NCBI GenBank assembly: GCA_002722885.1
Contig: PBNE01000002.1
Coordinates: 258,278-322,277 of the forward strand
Direction of reading: 5' to 3'
Origin: Rhodospirillaceae bacterium
GTDB lineage: Bacteria; Pseudomonadota; Alphaproteobacteria; SP197
DNA: 64,000 nucleotides
The notes under the pieces were generated by a model, which was not told the origin of the DNA, made no database searches, and saw nothing but the letters and a program-made list of their open reading frames with translations. Positions within the stretch are counted from its first letter, which is position 1; the number at the start of each line of letters is the position of its first letter. Below are positions 17,965-30,030 of the stretch, piece after piece. A program made the position numbers and the translations under genes.

Positions 17965-20703
17965 GTGTCCGAAGACGCCGGCACAGGCATGACCGAAACC
18001 ACGGATCCCGACCGGGATTCCGATGCTGCCGCGCGCGCCGACACCAAGCACGCGAAGAAACCGGGCACCAGCCAGATGACGCCGATGATGGCGCAGTACT
18101 GGCAGATCAAACGCGAGAACCCGTCGACCCTGCTGTTCTTCCGCATGGGCGATTTCTATGAGCTGTTTTTCGACGATGCCGTGAAGGCCGCCGCCGCGCT
18201 CGACATTGCCCTGACCAAACGCGGCAAGCACCTGGGCGAGGACGTCCAGATGTGCGGCGTGCCGGTGCATACCGCCGAAACCTATCTGGAGCGCCTGATC
18301 CGACACGGCTTCAAGGTGGCGATCTGTGAGCAGATGGAAGACCCGGCCGAAGCCAAGAATCGCGGCTCGAAGTCGGTCGTGAAGCGCGATGTCACCCGCA
18401 TCGTCACGCCGGGAACAATCACCGAAGACAACCTGCTCGACGCCCGCCGCGCCAATCATCTTGCCGCGCTGGCCCGCGCCCAGGGCGGCATGGCCGTAGC
18501 CTGGATCGAGATGTCGACCGGCGCCTTTGCCGTGGAGGCTGTCGACAGTGCAGGCCTGGCCGCCCTGCTTGAGCGCATCGATCCCGCTGAGCTGGTGCTG
18601 TCCGAGGCGCTCTTCGATGATGACGAGCTCACTGACGTGCTGGACGACCTGCGCGAGCGGCTGTCGCCGGAAGCGGCCGCACGGTTCCACAGCCGCACCG
18701 CCGAACGGCGCCTGAAGGAGCTCTTCGGTGTCGCATCGCTCGACGCCTTCGGCAGCTTCGGGCGGGCCGAGCTCGCGGCGATGGGCGGGCTGATCACCTA
18801 TCTCGAACTCACTCAGAAAGGCCGCGTGCCACGCCTTGCGCCGCCGCGCCCGATGGCTGCCGGCCAGACCATGGCGATCGATGCTGCGACCCGTCGCAAT
18901 CTCGAAATCATGCAGGCGCTCGATGGCTCGCGCCGTGCCAGCCTGCTGGGCGTCATGGACCGCACGGTGACAGGCGCAGGTGCACGCCTGTTGGGCCAGC
19001 GCCTTTCGGCGCCGCTCACCGATACCGCCGCCATTGTCAGGCGGCACGAAGCCGTCACATTGCTGGTCGAAGACCGCGCCCTGCGCGAAGGCCTGCGGGC
19101 CATGCTGGCCCAGGCCCCCGATCTGGAACGCGCGCTGGGGCGGCTTGCGCTGGGGCGGGGCGGCCCGCGCGATCTCGTGGCCATCCGTGATGGTCTCAAG
19201 GCCGGCGACGCCATGGCCAGTCACCTTGCGGGCGTGGCGCACCTGCCCGACGAGCTGCGCGATGCGACGGGCCGTCTGGGAACTCTGCCCGAGCTCGTCG
19301 ACCTCCTGTTGCACGCACTGGTCGACGAACCTCCGCTTCTGGCGCGCGACGGCGGGTTCGTGCGCCCGGGCCATGACGAGGCCGTCGACGAAGCCAAGAC
19401 GTTGCGGGACGACAGTCGCAAGCACATCGCTGCCTTGCAGTCGCGCTACCAGGACGAGACCGGCGTCACCAGTCTGAAGGTCCGGCACAACAACGTGCTG
19501 GGCTACTACGTCGAAACGACCCAGGTTCATGCCGACAAGCTGGACCGCGAGGTCTTCATTCACCGCCAGACCATGGCGAACGCCATGCGCTTCACCACCG
19601 TGGAGCTCGGCGAGCTCGAATCGAAGATTGCCCGTGCCGCCGACCGCGCCACGGCCGGCGAACTGGAGATCTTCAACAACCTCGTCGACAGCGTGCTGGC
19701 TGAGGGCATGACGATCGCCGCGTCAGCCTCGGCGCTCGCCACCATCGATGTCGCCTCGGGCCTCGCTGAACTCGCCGCCGAGCGCGGCTACATCAGGCCC
19801 CAGATCACCGCCGATCTCGACTTCACCATCGAGGGCGGCCGCCATCCCGTGGTCGAGGCTCTGGCCGATCCGGCTGCCGGTCAGGCTTTTGTCGCCAACG
19901 ACTGCCGACTCGAAGACGACCAACGCCTGTGGCTGCTGACCGGCCCCAACATGGCGGGCAAGTCGACCTTCCTGCGCCAGAACGCCCTGATCGCGATCAT
20001 GGCGCAGATGGGAAGCTTCGTGCCTGCGGCCACGGCACGGATCGGTGTTATCGACCGCCTGTTCAGCCGTGTCGGCGCAGCGGACGATCTGGCGCGCGGC
20101 CGCTCCACCTTCATGGTCGAGATGGTCGAGACGGCTGCGATCCTGAATCAGGCGAGCCGGCGGGCGCTTGTGATCCTTGACGAAATCGGCCGTGGCACGG
20201 CGACCTTTGACGGGCTTTCCATCGCCTGGGCAACTTTGGAGCATCTCCACGAACAGAACGGTTGCCGTGCGCTCTTCGCCACGCACTACCACGAGCTCAC
20301 GGCCCTTGCCGCACGCCTCGACACCCTCAAGCCCCACACCATGCGGGTGAAGGAATGGCAGGACGACATCGTCTTTCTTTATGAGGTCGGACCGGGCGCC
20401 GCCGACCGCAGCTACGGCATTCATGTCGCCCAGCTTGCCGGTCTGCCGGCCGCCGTAATCCGACGCGCCGAAGAGGTGCTCAAGACCATTGAGTCCGGAG
20501 AACAGGGCAGCGCGCTGGTTCGTCTGGCCGATGACCTGCCGCTGTTCCAGGCCGCGGCTCTCCAGCCCGAACCCGTAACGGCGGCCTCCGCCGATTCGGC
20601 GTTGCAGGACGCCGTCGCCGCCATCTCACCCGACGAGCTGACGCCGCGCGAAGCGCTGGACCTGATCTATCGCCTCAAGGATCTCGCGGAGGACAAGACG
20701 TGA
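17965..20703 (+). CDS. mutS: DNA mismatch repair protein MutS
   Basis: [54 protein letters not shown]; alternative start ATG 17989. Confidence 0.98.
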   Translation: MSEDAGTGMTETTDPDRDSDAAARADTKHAKKPGTSQMTPMMAQYWQIKRENPSTLLFFRMGDFYELFFDDAVKAAAALDIALTKRGKHLGEDVQMCGVPVHTAETYLERLIRHGFKVAICEQMEDPAEAKNRGSKSVVKRDVTRIVTPGTITEDNLLDARRANHLAALARAQGGMAVAWIEMSTGAFAVEAVDSAGLAALLERIDPAELVLSEALFDDDELTDVLDDLRERLSPEAAARFHSRTAERRLKELFGVASLDAFGSFGRAELAAMGGLITYLELTQKGRVPRLAPPRPMAAGQTMAIDAATRRNLEIMQALDGSRRASLLGVMDRTVTGAGARLLGQRLSAPLTDTAAIVRRHEAVTLLVEDRALREGLRAMLAQAPDLERALGRLALGRGGPRDLVAIRDGLKAGDAMASHLAGVAHLPDELRDATGRLGTLPELVDLLLHALVDEPPLLARDGGFVRPGHDEAVDEAKTLRDDSRKHIAALQSRYQDETGVTSLKVRHNNVLGYYVETTQVHADKLDREVFIHRQTMANAMRFTTVELGELESKIARAADRATAGELEIFNNLVDSVLAEGMTIAASASALATIDVASGLAELAAERGYIRPQITADLDFTIEGGRHPVVEALADPAAGQAFVANDCRLEDDQRLWLLTGPNMAGKSTFLRQNALIAIMAQMGSFVPAATARIGVIDRLFSRVGAADDLARGRSTFMVEMVETAAILNQASRRALVILDEIGRGTATFDGLSIAWATLEHLHEQNGCRALFATHYHELTALAARLDTLKPHTMRVKEWQDDIVFLYEVGPGAADRSYGIHVAQLAGLPAAVIRRAEEVLKTIESGEQGSALVRLADDLPLFQAAALQPEPVTAASADSALQDAVAAISPDELTPREALDLIYRLKDLAEDKT

Positions 20704-23453
20704 GCCGCCGGACCAGGGTTACCAAGCTCAGTGAGGTTATAAGCCGCAAGAAGCTCGATGCCGCGCTGGCGGCCCTCGATGCCGGCGACAAGAAGGCCGT
20801 CGTGGCCGTGCTCACCGAGACCATCGATACCGGACGGTCCGTGATCGAAGCACGGCTTCACGACCGAGCACCAGGAATGGAACTGGTTGCGGCGATGTCA
20901 TGGCTGATGGACGAGACGCTGCGCGCGATCATGACCCATGTCACCGAACGGGTGATGCCGAACGCCAATCCCCTAAAGGGGGAACGCATTGCGCTGGTGG
21001 CTGTCGGCGGCTACGGGCGTGGCGAACTGGCACCCTATTCTGATCTCGATCTCCTGTTCCTGCTGCCGTGGAAGGTGACACCCTGGCAGGAGCAGGTCAT
21101 CGAGACCGTGCTCTACCTGCTCTGGGATCTCGGCCTGAAGGTTGGCCACGCCGTGCGCACGGTCGACGACACGATCCGCCGCGCCCAGGGCGACATGACC
21201 ATCCGCACGGCGCTCCTGGAAGCGCGCCTGATCAGCGGCGACCGCTCGCTGTTCCGCACTCTGGAGCGTCGCTTCACCCGTGACATCGTGACCGGTTCCG
21301 GATCGGAGTTCGTCCGCGCCAAGCTCGAAGAGCGTGACGGCCGTCATCTCAAGCTCGGCGACTCGCGTTATGTGCTGGAACCGAATGTGAAAGAGGGCAA
21401 GGGCGGCCTGCGCGACCTGCACTCGCTGTTCTGGATCGCGAAGTACCTTTATCGCGTCAAGCTGGTAGCCGATCTTGCCGAGGTCGGCGTGCTGACCCGC
21501 GCGGAGCTGACCCGTTTCCAGCGCGCCGCCGACTTCCTGACCCGCGTGCGGTGTCAACTCCACATCATCAGCGGCCGCGACGAGGAACGCCTGACCTTCG
21601 ACCTGCAGACCGAGATTGCCGAGCGCATGGGCTTTTCGGGCAACCGCGAGCAGCGCGCGGTCGAACGGTTCATGAAGCGTTACTTCCTGGTCGCCAAGGA
21701 TGTCGGCGATCTCACGCGCATCTTTGCGGCGGCCATCGAGGACAGCCAGATGACCGTGCGCAACCGGCCGCGTTACGGCGTGGATCTGGGCGAACTCGAG
21801 GGCTTCCCGTTGCGTGGAGGACGTCTGGCAGCACCGGACAAACAGCACTTTGCGGACACACCCGGCGACATGATCCGCATCTTCCACGCGGCCCAGGCCA
21901 GCAATGTGGAGCTGCATCCCCGGGCCCTGTGGCAGATCACCCAGAACGTACAGCGCATCGACGCCGACCTGCGCCAGGACCCCGAAGCCAACTGTCTGTT
22001 CATGGATATCCTGACCTCGGTCAACGATCCCGAACGGGCGCTGCGCAGCATGAATGAGGCCGGTGTGATGGGCCGTTTTCTGCCCGACTTCGGCCGTGTC
22101 GTGGCGCAGATGCAGCACGATATGTATCACGTCTATACCGTGGACGAGCACTCGATCCGGGCAATCGGTGTGCTGGCCGGGATCGAACACGGAGACCATG
22201 CTGAAGAGCTCCCGCTGGCGACCGAGATCTTCCCGAAGATTCTGCAGCGCCGCGTGCTCTATCTCGCCGTGTTACTGCACGACATCGCCAAGGGCCGGGG
22301 CGGCGACCATTCGGTTCTGGGTGCCGAGGTCGCTGACCAGCTCGCACCACGCCTGGGCTTCACCGCAGAAGAGACCGAGACCGTCTCCTGGCTGGTGCGT
22401 TATCACTTGCTGCTGTCGAATACGGCCTTCCGCCGCGACCTCACCGATCCCCAGACGATCGAGGACATGGTGGACACCGTCCAGTCGATCGAGCGGTTGC
22501 GCCTGCTTCTGATCCTCACGGTGGCCGACATCCGCGCGGTCGGACCGAAGGTCTGGAACGGCTGGAAGGGCGAGTTGCTGCGCGAGCTCTATTACCGCGT
22601 CGAAGAGGCGATTTCGGGCGGTCACGGTGAAGCCATCGCCAAAAAGCATCGTGTCGATGCACGCACTGATGCCTTGCGCGAAAGGCTCGGCACCTGGGAT
22701 GCAAGGGCCCTTGATGTCCATGTCAGGCGACTGGTGTCGCCCTACTGGCTGGCCTTCGACGCCGACACGCACGTCCGGCATGCCGAGATGATCCGTCGTG
22801 CCGAGGAGGCCAACTACGATGCCGCCGTGGCCGTGGACACACGCACCGATCACTTCCGCGCCGTCACGGAGGTCACCATCTTTGCGCCGGACCGCCGGGG
22901 CCTTTTTGCCCAACTTGCCGGCGCCATTGCCGTGGCCGGCGCCAGCATCGTCGATGCTCGCATCTTCACCACACTCGACGGCATGGCGCTCGACACCTTC
23001 TGGGTCCAGGACGAACAGGCCGGGGCCTTCGACGACGATCGCCGGCTCAACCGCCTTTGCCACACCGTGGAAGAGGTCGTGCGCGGCACCTTAGATCTCG
23101 AGGGTGAGATTGCTCGCCGCCGGGAAGGCTGGCTGCACGGACTGGCGCTTTCGGTCACACCGCGCGTCTTGATCGACAACAACGCCTCGACCAAACACAC
23201 GCTGATCGAGGTCACCGCCCGCGATCGCCTGGGGCTTCTTTATGATCTCGCACGGGCCGTCACAGACATGGGTTACTCCGTCATAACTGCCCGGGTCGCG
23301 ACCTTCGGCGAACGCGCCGTCGACGCCTTTTATGTGAAGAACAGCTTCGGCCTGAAGCTCACGAACAAAACCCAGCTCGCCACCACACGCGACCGCCTGC
23401 TCGAGGTCATCGCCGAAAGCGATGCCCGGTCCCTTCCCGGCGCGGCCGAGTGA
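20700..23453 (+). CDS. glnD: [Protein-PII] uridylyltransferase/uridylyl-removing enzyme
   Basis: [47 protein letters not shown], two ACT domains; GTGA overlap with mutS. Confidence 0.97.
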   Translation: MSRRTRVTKLSEVISRKKLDAALAALDAGDKKAVVAVLTETIDTGRSVIEARLHDRAPGMELVAAMSWLMDETLRAIMTHVTERVMPNANPLKGERIALVAVGGYGRGELAPYSDLDLLFLLPWKVTPWQEQVIETVLYLLWDLGLKVGHAVRTVDDTIRRAQGDMTIRTALLEARLISGDRSLFRTLERRFTRDIVTGSGSEFVRAKLEERDGRHLKLGDSRYVLEPNVKEGKGGLRDLHSLFWIAKYLYRVKLVADLAEVGVLTRAELTRFQRAADFLTRVRCQLHIISGRDEERLTFDLQTEIAERMGFSGNREQRAVERFMKRYFLVAKDVGDLTRIFAAAIEDSQMTVRNRPRYGVDLGELEGFPLRGGRLAAPDKQHFADTPGDMIRIFHAAQASNVELHPRALWQITQNVQRIDADLRQDPEANCLFMDILTSVNDPERALRSMNEAGVMGRFLPDFGRVVAQMQHDMYHVYTVDEHSIRAIGVLAGIEHGDHAEELPLATEIFPKILQRRVLYLAVLLHDIAKGRGGDHSVLGAEVADQLAPRLGFTAEETETVSWLVRYHLLLSNTAFRRDLTDPQTIEDMVDTVQSIERLRLLLILTVADIRAVGPKVWNGWKGELLRELYYRVEEAISGGHGEAIAKKHRVDARTDALRERLGTWDARALDVHVRRLVSPYWLAFDADTHVRHAEMIRRAEEANYDAAVAVDTRTDHFRAVTEVTIFAPDRRGLFAQLAGAIAVAGASIVDARIFTTLDGMALDTFWVQDEQAGAFDDDRRLNRLCHTVEEVVRGTLDLEGEIARRREGWLHGLALSVTPRVLIDNNASTKHTLIEVTARDRLGLLYDLARAVTDMGYSVITARVATFGERAVDAFYVKNSFGLKLTNKTQLATTRDRLLEVIAESDARSLPGAAE

Positions 23454-24787
23454 CAACCGCCATCCCGACACGCGCGCACTGGCATGGCCGGGTGTGGAAA
23501 CTCGCTCTGCCGATCATGCTGTCGAACCTAGCGGTTCCCATCGTGGGCGCAGTCGACACCGCCGTGGCCGGGCACCTGCCGGGGCCAGAGTACCTGGGCG
23601 GTGTCGGCGTCGCCGTGATGATCTTCAGCTTTGCCTTCTGGACCTTCGGTTTTCTGCGGTTCTCGACGACGGGTTATGTCGCGCAGGCCCTGGGGCGGGG
23701 TGACTATGAGACTCTGAAGGCGGTTCTGATCCGGGCCGGCGTGCTGACTCTTGCCATCGCGCTGTCGCTGCTTGTGCTGCAGGTTCCGATCCTCTGGCTT
23801 TCCCTGTTTCTGATCGACGCCAGCCCGGAAGTGTCCCATCAGGCCGCGCTTTATTTCGACGTGCGCGTCTGGGCCGCACCCGCCGTGATGGGCAACTACA
23901 TCGTGCTGGGTGCAATGATCGGCTTGCAGCGCACCGGCTGGGCACTGGTGGTGCAGACCGTGGTGGCGGCTGTGAATGTCGCGCTGGACCTCTTGTTTGT
24001 CCTGGAGTTTGGCTGGCAGGTGCCGGGCCTTGCGGCCGCGACCGTGATCGCCGAGTACACCGGTCTTCTCGTCGGCATCGGCGTCTTGCTCTGGGTCATT
24101 CCCGGCAGCCGGTGGCGCTGGTCGCTTCAGGCCGCCACACAACTGGCAGCCTACCAGCCACTGCTGGCACTCAATCGCGACCTCCTGATCCGGACCATCG
24201 TCCTGAGCTTCGCCTTTGCCGTCTTTGTTGCGCTCTCCGCGCGGGAAGGTGATGCCACACTCGCAGCCAACGAGGTCCTGATGATGTTCCTGAGCTTCGC
24301 GGCCTTCGCACTCGATGGCTTTGCCAACGCCTGCGAAGCCGTCGTGGGCGAAGCCTATGGCCGCCGGGACCGGCGCACGCTCTCTCAGGTGGTCGGCGTC
24401 TCAACGATCTGGGCCGGGATCGCCGCCGCTCTTGTCTGTCTGGTCTTTGCGCTGAACGGCGAAGACATCGTGCGCCTGATGACCGATGTCGAAGAGGTCC
24501 GCGAGATCGCGATCACCTACCTGCCTTACGCCGTCCTGATGCCGCTGTTCGGCGTCTGGTCGTTCCAGCTCGACGGCATCTTCATAGGCGCGACGCGCGG
24601 CCCCGACCTAAAGAACTCGATGCTGATCACCGCTGTGCTGTTCCTGCCGGCGATGGTTCTGTTGTGGCTTACCCTGGCCAACCACGGGCTCTGGATCGGC
24701 CTGGTTCTGCTGTTTGTGCTGCGCGCCCTGACCCTTTGGGTTCGTTATCCGGCGCTGGTCCGCGAGGTCGAAACCTCAGCGGCCTGA
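23450..24787 (+). CDS. dinF: MATE family efflux transporter (DinF-like)
   Basis: LALPIMLSN..VPIVGAVDTAVAGHL, FGFLR, ALDGFA, FQLDGIFIGA; about 12 TM; GTGA overlap with glnD. Confidence 0.88.
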   Translation: MTTAIPTRAHWHGRVWKLALPIMLSNLAVPIVGAVDTAVAGHLPGPEYLGGVGVAVMIFSFAFWTFGFLRFSTTGYVAQALGRGDYETLKAVLIRAGVLTLAIALSLLVLQVPILWLSLFLIDASPEVSHQAALYFDVRVWAAPAVMGNYIVLGAMIGLQRTGWALVVQTVVAAVNVALDLLFVLEFGWQVPGLAAATVIAEYTGLLVGIGVLLWVIPGSRWRWSLQAATQLAAYQPLLALNRDLLIRTIVLSFAFAVFVALSAREGDATLAANEVLMMFLSFAAFALDGFANACEAVVGEAYGRRDRRTLSQVVGVSTIWAGIAAALVCLVFALNGEDIVRLMTDVEEVREIAITYLPYAVLMPLFGVWSFQLDGIFIGATRGPDLKNSMLITAVLFLPAMVLLWLTLANHGLWIGLVLLFVLRALTLWVRYPALVREVETSAA

Positions 24788-25384
24788 GCGCGGCTCGAAG
24801 GGCAGCACGGCGAGCCGCGCGAGCGGCAATTCGTCAGCCCCCTCCACGCCCAGTGTCATATCCGGCGTGCGCTGCGTCGGGCTGCGGCTGCCGAATAGGT
24901 GATCCCACACCGACAGGATCGAAGCGTAGTTGGAGTCCGTGTCGGCCTGGCGATCGTGATGGTGCACCCAGTGAATGCCGGGCATGACGATAACGCGGGA
25001 GAGCCAGGCTTCTGTCTTTGGGCCCAGCGCGAGATTCGAGTGGTGGAAGGTCGTTGCCAGAAGCAGCAGGGCTTCGAAAACCAGCACTGATGACAGCGGC
25101 ATGGCAAAGACCAGGATCAGCAGTGCGCGCACGAGCGCTGACAACAGAACCTCGCCGGGATGAAACCGCACGGCGGTGGTCACATCGAGTGACGTGTCGC
25201 GGTGATGCACCTAATGAAAGCGCCACAGGAAAGGAATCCGGTGGTTCAGCCGGTGCCAGACGTAGATCCAGCAGTCGATAAGCAGGAGATCAGCGATCAG
25301 CCCCGGCGCACCGGACCACCAGCCCGGCCGCCCACCCAGATTGTGCGCTTCAGCCAGAGCCGTCACCGGAATCACGACGGCCAT
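24776..25384 (-). pseudogene. Sterol desaturase/fatty acid hydroxylase family pseudogene
   Basis: YVWHRLNHRIPFLWRFH-TAG(25213-25211)-VHHRD...RFHPGE...FHHSN...HWVHH...SNY histidine boxes; the stop falls inside a His box and the N-terminus looks short. Confidence 0.8.
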
Positions 25385-25474
25385 GGCCCTCGTTCGGCAG
25401 TTTCACGGTTCGGCGGGTATGGTACGGTGTCGGACAATGAACACTCATACTTTTGGCCAAACCACCGGCGCATC

Positions 25475-26281
25475 ATGACACAACACGGCCCTCTGCCGCT
25501 TGTCGGCATTCCCTGCGATCTCCGCCAGATCGGCATTCATCCCATGCATGTCGTGGGCGAGAAGTACATCAACGCCGTGGCTCATGGCGCCGGTACCATT
25601 CCGATGCTGATGCCCTGCTTCGGCGAGGGCGCCGACCTCGAGCCGCTGCAGGACCTTTACAGCGTCGATGACCTGCTCGACCGCGTCGACGGCGTGTTTC
25701 TGCCCGGCAGCCCCAGCAACGTCGCGCCCCACCACTATGGTGGACACGACCCCCGGCCCGACACCCTGCAGGATCCCCAGCGCGACGCCCTGACGCTGCC
25801 GATGATCCGGCGCATCGTCGAGCGCGGCATACCGCTGTTCGCGGTCTGCCGCGGGATTCAGGAGCTCAATGCGGCCTTGGGCGGCACACTCTTCCAGCAT
25901 GTTGAAGAGGTCCCCGGCCGCATGGATCACCGCGAGAACAAGGACGATCCGCGCGATAAACAGTACGGCCCAGCCCACAGCATCGAGGTCACCCCCGACG
26001 GCGTACTCCACGGCATCACCGGCCTGGAGAGCTACGAGATCAACTCGATCCACGGTCAGGGTATCGACCAGCCCACCGAACGCCTGCAGGTCGAAGCCGT
26101 CGCACCGGACGGCCAGATCGAGGCCGTCTCGGTCAAGGGCGCGCCGTTCCTGCAGCTGGGTGTGCAGTGGCATCCCGAGTGGCGCTTCCGCGAACGTGTC
26201 CCCGACGCCGCCCTGTTCACCGCCTTCGGTGAGGCCTGCCGTGCCCATGTGGTCGCTCGCCGCACCTCAACCGCGTCCTGA
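25475..26281 (+). CDS. puuD: Gamma-glutamyl-gamma-aminobutyrate hydrolase (peptidase C26, PuuD-like)
   Basis: GEKYINAV, GSPSNV, AVCRGIQELN, NSIHGQG, GVQWHPE; start set at ATG 25475. Confidence 0.88.
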   Translation: MTQHGPLPLVGIPCDLRQIGIHPMHVVGEKYINAVAHGAGTIPMLMPCFGEGADLEPLQDLYSVDDLLDRVDGVFLPGSPSNVAPHHYGGHDPRPDTLQDPQRDALTLPMIRRIVERGIPLFAVCRGIQELNAALGGTLFQHVEEVPGRMDHRENKDDPRDKQYGPAHSIEVTPDGVLHGITGLESYEINSIHGQGIDQPTERLQVEAVAPDGQIEAVSVKGAPFLQLGVQWHPEWRFRERVPDAALFTAFGEACRAHVVARRTSTAS

Positions 26282-26317
26282 GTCCTGGAGCAACCTGATG
26301 ACCCTTGATCCTGAATC

Positions 26318-27379
26318 ATGGCTGCGCGAGCACCTGTTGCTGAACGTGTGATGGCGACCGCGACGCTGCCCGCACACTGGTACACCGACCCGACCATTGC
26401 GGAGCAGGAGCGTCACGCCATCTTTGCCGGGAACTGGGCACTGTTCGGGCCGGAGCATGAGATCGCTGAACCCGGTGCCTATGTCGCCCAGGTGATCAAC
26501 GGCTGGCCGCTGGTCGTGCTGCGTGATCACGGCGGTGCTCTTCGCGCCTTCCACAACGTGTGCCGCCACCGTGCGGCCGCACTGCTCGGTGACGGCGCAG
26601 GCACCTGCAGCCGCCGCATCACCTGCCCCTACCACGGCTGGGCTTACGAGCTCGACGGCCGCCTGCATCTCGCGCCCCGTTTCGGCGAAGACCTCGATGC
26701 GGACGAGAACGGCCTGCTGACCGTTCGTGTCGAGATATGGCGGAGCTGTGTCTTCGTCTGTATCGACGACAGCGCGCCTGATCTTACGACCTGGCTCGGC
26801 TCGATCCCGGCCTTCTGTGCGGACTATCCGGAGACCGACGACCTGGACTTCCATGGCGGGTTCACCGTCGAGGGCCGGGCGAACTGGAAGACCTATTGCG
26901 ATAACACGGTCGAGGGCTACCACCTGCCCTTCGTCCATGCGCGCCTCTCACGCGCGGTCGAAGGCGCATCGGTTGAGATCAAGGGGCACGACGACGGCCG
27001 CCTGACCTGCTTCCATGTCAGCTACCGGGGTGACGGTGCGGCCCTGCGAGGCAATACCGGTCTGTGGTTCTACCGCTATCCCGGGTTCCAGGCAGTGATC
27101 GGGCCAACAGGTTTCAAGGCCGAGCGGATCGAACCGGTGGGTGCGAGGGACCTGCGCTCGAAGAGCTGGGCCTGGTACGCCCGCGTGATGAGCCCGGAGG
27201 AAGCCGCCGACAGCTTTGCCTGGGCGGAATCGATCGTGCAAGAAGACCTCGGCATCTGCGAAACCGTCCAGCGCAACTTGGAGGCCGGGGCGTATACCAA
27301 CGGTTTGTTGTCGCCCGCCATGGAACAGCACACCGCGACGTTCCAGGCGCTTGTGCGCCAGGATTTGCAGGCGACCTGA
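26318..27379 (+). CDS. Rieske oxygenase alpha subunit (choline monooxygenase-like)
   Basis: CRHR...CPYHGW, NWKTYCDNTVEGYHLPFVH, EDLGICETVQRNL; alternative start 26351. Confidence 0.9.
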   Translation: MAARAPVAERVMATATLPAHWYTDPTIAEQERHAIFAGNWALFGPEHEIAEPGAYVAQVINGWPLVVLRDHGGALRAFHNVCRHRAAALLGDGAGTCSRRITCPYHGWAYELDGRLHLAPRFGEDLDADENGLLTVRVEIWRSCVFVCIDDSAPDLTTWLGSIPAFCADYPETDDLDFHGGFTVEGRANWKTYCDNTVEGYHLPFVHARLSRAVEGASVEIKGHDDGRLTCFHVSYRGDGAALRGNTGLWFYRYPGFQAVIGPTGFKAERIEPVGARDLRSKSWAWYARVMSPEEAADSFAWAESIVQEDLGICETVQRNLEAGAYTNGLLSPAMEQHTATFQALVRQDLQAT

Positions 27380-27455
27380 CATCGGCGCAAGAAGCGGGTC
27401 ACCCGGCGATACCGGACCGCCCGCAACGGTTCCCACATCACGAGGAGACCCGACC

Positions 27456-27773
27456 ATGAAACGCTTGCGCTATCTCGCACTCGACACCGCCACCGTGGAC
27501 GCCCTGCGTGCCGGCGGGCCGGATTCCAACGGCCAGACACACGAGCGGCTGGCGTCAGACGGCGGCTTTCCCGATGCGCTGACCAACAGCCCTGATTTCA
27601 TCCTGCACGGCTATGACCACGACAACCGCATCGTCTAAGGCACCGGCGCGATTGTTGTCACGCCGGAGATTCCGGCCCGCGCCGCCGAGCTTCTGGACCG
27701 TGACGACATCGCTTTTCTTCACATGCACTCGACACCCAACAACTGCTATCAGTTGAGGATCGAACGCGGATGA
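27456..27773 (+). pseudogene. DUF1203-like pseudogene
   Basis: MKRLRYLALD...SDGGFP joined to ...FILHGYDHDNRIV-TAA(27636-27638)-GTG...HMHSTPNNCYQLRIER; the central PCRxC/PYxExGP part typical of the family is absent. Confidence 0.75.
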
Positions 27774-27783
27774 GGAGACGGGG

Positions 27784-28533
27784 ATGGCGAAGGTGATGCT
27801 GGTGACCGGCGGCAGCCGGGGAATTGGCGCCGCGACGGCACGGCTAGCGGCACGCGAGGGCTGGGATGTCGTCGTGAACTACAACAGCAACAGCCGCGCC
27901 GCCGACGCTGTAGTCGCCGATGTCGAAGCCGCCGGCCAACGGGCCGTCGCCATCCAGGCCGACAGCGGCAAACCGAACGATGTCATCCGCCTCTTTGCCG
28001 AGGCGGATGCCGCCTTCGGCCGGCTCGATGCCTTTGTGAACAACGCCGGGATCGTGAACCCAATCGGTCGCCTCGACAGCCGTGACCCCGCCGATCTCGA
28101 ACGCCTAGTCGCGGTCAACCTGACCGGCGCCATCCTGGGCTGCGCTGAAGCCGTGCGCCGCATGTCGACCAGCCACGGCGGTCAGGGCGGGTCGATCGTG
28201 AACGTCTCCTCGGTCGCCAGCCGCCTGGGCGGACCCGGTTCCTATGTCGACTATGCCGCCAGCAAGGGCGGGCTCGACAGCCTGACCGTGGGCCTGGCCC
28301 AGGAGGTCGCTGGCGAAGGCATCCGCGTGAACGCCGTGCGCCCCGGCATCATCAACACCGACATCCACGACGACCTCGGCGACGAACCCGGCCGCGTCGA
28401 GCGCCTGGGCAAGACTGTCCCAGCGGGCCGCCACGGCACCGCCGACGAGGTCGCCGAAACCATTGTGTGGCTCTGCTCGGACGCGGCGAGCTACGTCAGC
28501 ATGAGCCTGATGGAGGTCTCGGGAGCGCGGTGA
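27784..28533 (+). CDS. SDR family oxidoreductase
   Basis: TGGSRGIG, VNNAG, NVSS, YAASK. Confidence 0.93.
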   Translation: MAKVMLVTGGSRGIGAATARLAAREGWDVVVNYNSNSRAADAVVADVEAAGQRAVAIQADSGKPNDVIRLFAEADAAFGRLDAFVNNAGIVNPIGRLDSRDPADLERLVAVNLTGAILGCAEAVRRMSTSHGGQGGSIVNVSSVASRLGGPGSYVDYAASKGGLDSLTVGLAQEVAGEGIRVNAVRPGIINTDIHDDLGDEPGRVERLGKTVPAGRHGTADEVAETIVWLCSDAASYVSMSLMEVSGAR

Positions 28534-28547
28534 CGGAGGTGGCGTCC

Positions 28548-29750
28548 CTAATCCCAGAAAAGCATCGGCGTGTCGGTCAGCGGCTCAACGCCGTCGGCGC
28601 TGACCAGCATGTTCTGTTCGAAACCAGCGCTGCCCAGGCCCGGCAGGCCGAAGAAGGCCTCAACGCCCAGCGCCATGCCTTCTTCGAAGACATCGTCGTC
28701 GCTGCACATCTCGACGCCGAGATAGGGACGCTCGAAGAAGAGGCCCAGGCCGTGCCCGAAGTGAGGCCATTTTTCCGCCATCTGGTTGGATTCCGCGCCG
28801 AACTGCCGTGACAGCTCCAGCCCATGGCGGGCGACCTCCTTGACCTTCCGACCTGGTCTGATCTGCTCCATCACCGCCTCGACGATCCGCGCGCCCGTTT
28901 CGACCATCTCCTTCTGCTCGGACGATTGCGGCTTGCGCCCGCACACCGTGGTGCGGCCGGGATCCTGGTAGTAGCCTTCGAACATTGGGCCGTAGACCCA
29001 GGCCCGCACAAGATCGCCCTCCTTGGGCGAGGAGAACGTGTAGCTTGCGATGGGGTTGGCGACGAACTGGTTGATGAGATCGCCATGGCAGGCCGGCAGC
29101 ATATGCACCGTGCCGCCGCTTTTGACGACCTCGTGCGAGGCATCGGCTGCGGCGTCGGTTTCCGAACGGCCCATGATGAGCCCCTCGATGAAACGGTTGA
29201 GCGCACGGCTGGCTGTCGCCCCGCCGATCCGCATGGCCTCCTGCTCCCGCGCCGACTTGATCCGCCGCACCGAAAGAATCAGATCGTCCTCGATTTTCCA
29301 GTCAATCCCCGGCGCTTCCTCGCGCATCACATTCCAGTAGCGCAAAGGCACGACATCGCTGCCGACCAGACCGACCGGCCCCTCGATGCCGAGGTCCCCG
29401 ACGGCCCGCGCAATATCGCGGAACGGTCTATTCGACGAGACGATCCGGTCGGTCGCGATCAGCTCGCCGCGAATGCCCGGCTCATCGGCGTGAAGCTCCG
29501 GTGGCTGGCCCACACGCAGCAGCACGGAGTTGAACGAACGGCCCTCGAAGATGGGGCTGTCGTAGCCCTGACCCGAGGCGGTCGAGAAGAAGTTGGTGAG
29601 ATAGAGCACATCGCCGCAGCGGTCGTTGGTACCGCCGGACCGGCCGAAGACAACGGCGGTTTCCAGCCCGCGCCGTTTCATCTCCGCCTCCACGGCGGCC
29701 CAGCGCGCGTGATACTCCTCATCGGGGAAGAAACGGCCGAGTGGGGTCAT
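28548..29750 (-). CDS. M24 family (Xaa-Pro peptidase/creatinase-like) hydrolase
   Basis: AGGAG RBS, ATG 29750; VLYLTNF, RRIKSARE, GYYQDPGRT, GHGLG, GFEQN. Confidence 0.82.
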   Translation of the reverse strand: MTPLGRFFPDEEYHARWAAVEAEMKRRGLETAVVFGRSGGTNDRCGDVLYLTNFFSTASGQGYDSPIFEGRSFNSVLLRVGQPPELHADEPGIRGELIATDRIVSSNRPFRDIARAVGDLGIEGPVGLVGSDVVPLRYWNVMREEAPGIDWKIEDDLILSVRRIKSAREQEAMRIGGATASRALNRFIEGLIMGRSETDAAADASHEVVKSGGTVHMLPACHGDLINQFVANPIASYTFSSPKEGDLVRAWVYGPMFEGYYQDPGRTTVCGRKPQSSEQKEMVETGARIVEAVMEQIRPGRKVKEVARHGLELSRQFGAESNQMAEKWPHFGHGLGLFFERPYLGVEMCSDDDVFEEGMALGVEAFFGLPGLGSAGFEQNMLVSADGVEPLTDTPMLFWD

Positions 29751-30030
29751 GACGATCTCCTGACTTGGGTCTTGGCGGGCGTATTGTGACAATCTCCGCG
29801 GCGCGGGAACAGTGCTCTCGCCTTTCGACCCGCCGCTTTGATAAACTGCCACCATGAAACCGCGCCTGACAGACGTGACCGATCTGACACGCAGCCATGA
29901 TCTCCTGATCCTGTGCGCGCGGATCGACTTCAATCCCTAGGCCGCGCCTGCGCGTACAGGCCGGCCGCGGGCCCTGTTTCCGGGCGGCACATCACCATCA
30001 CGACCATCAGATTCATCGGAGAACAGACCC

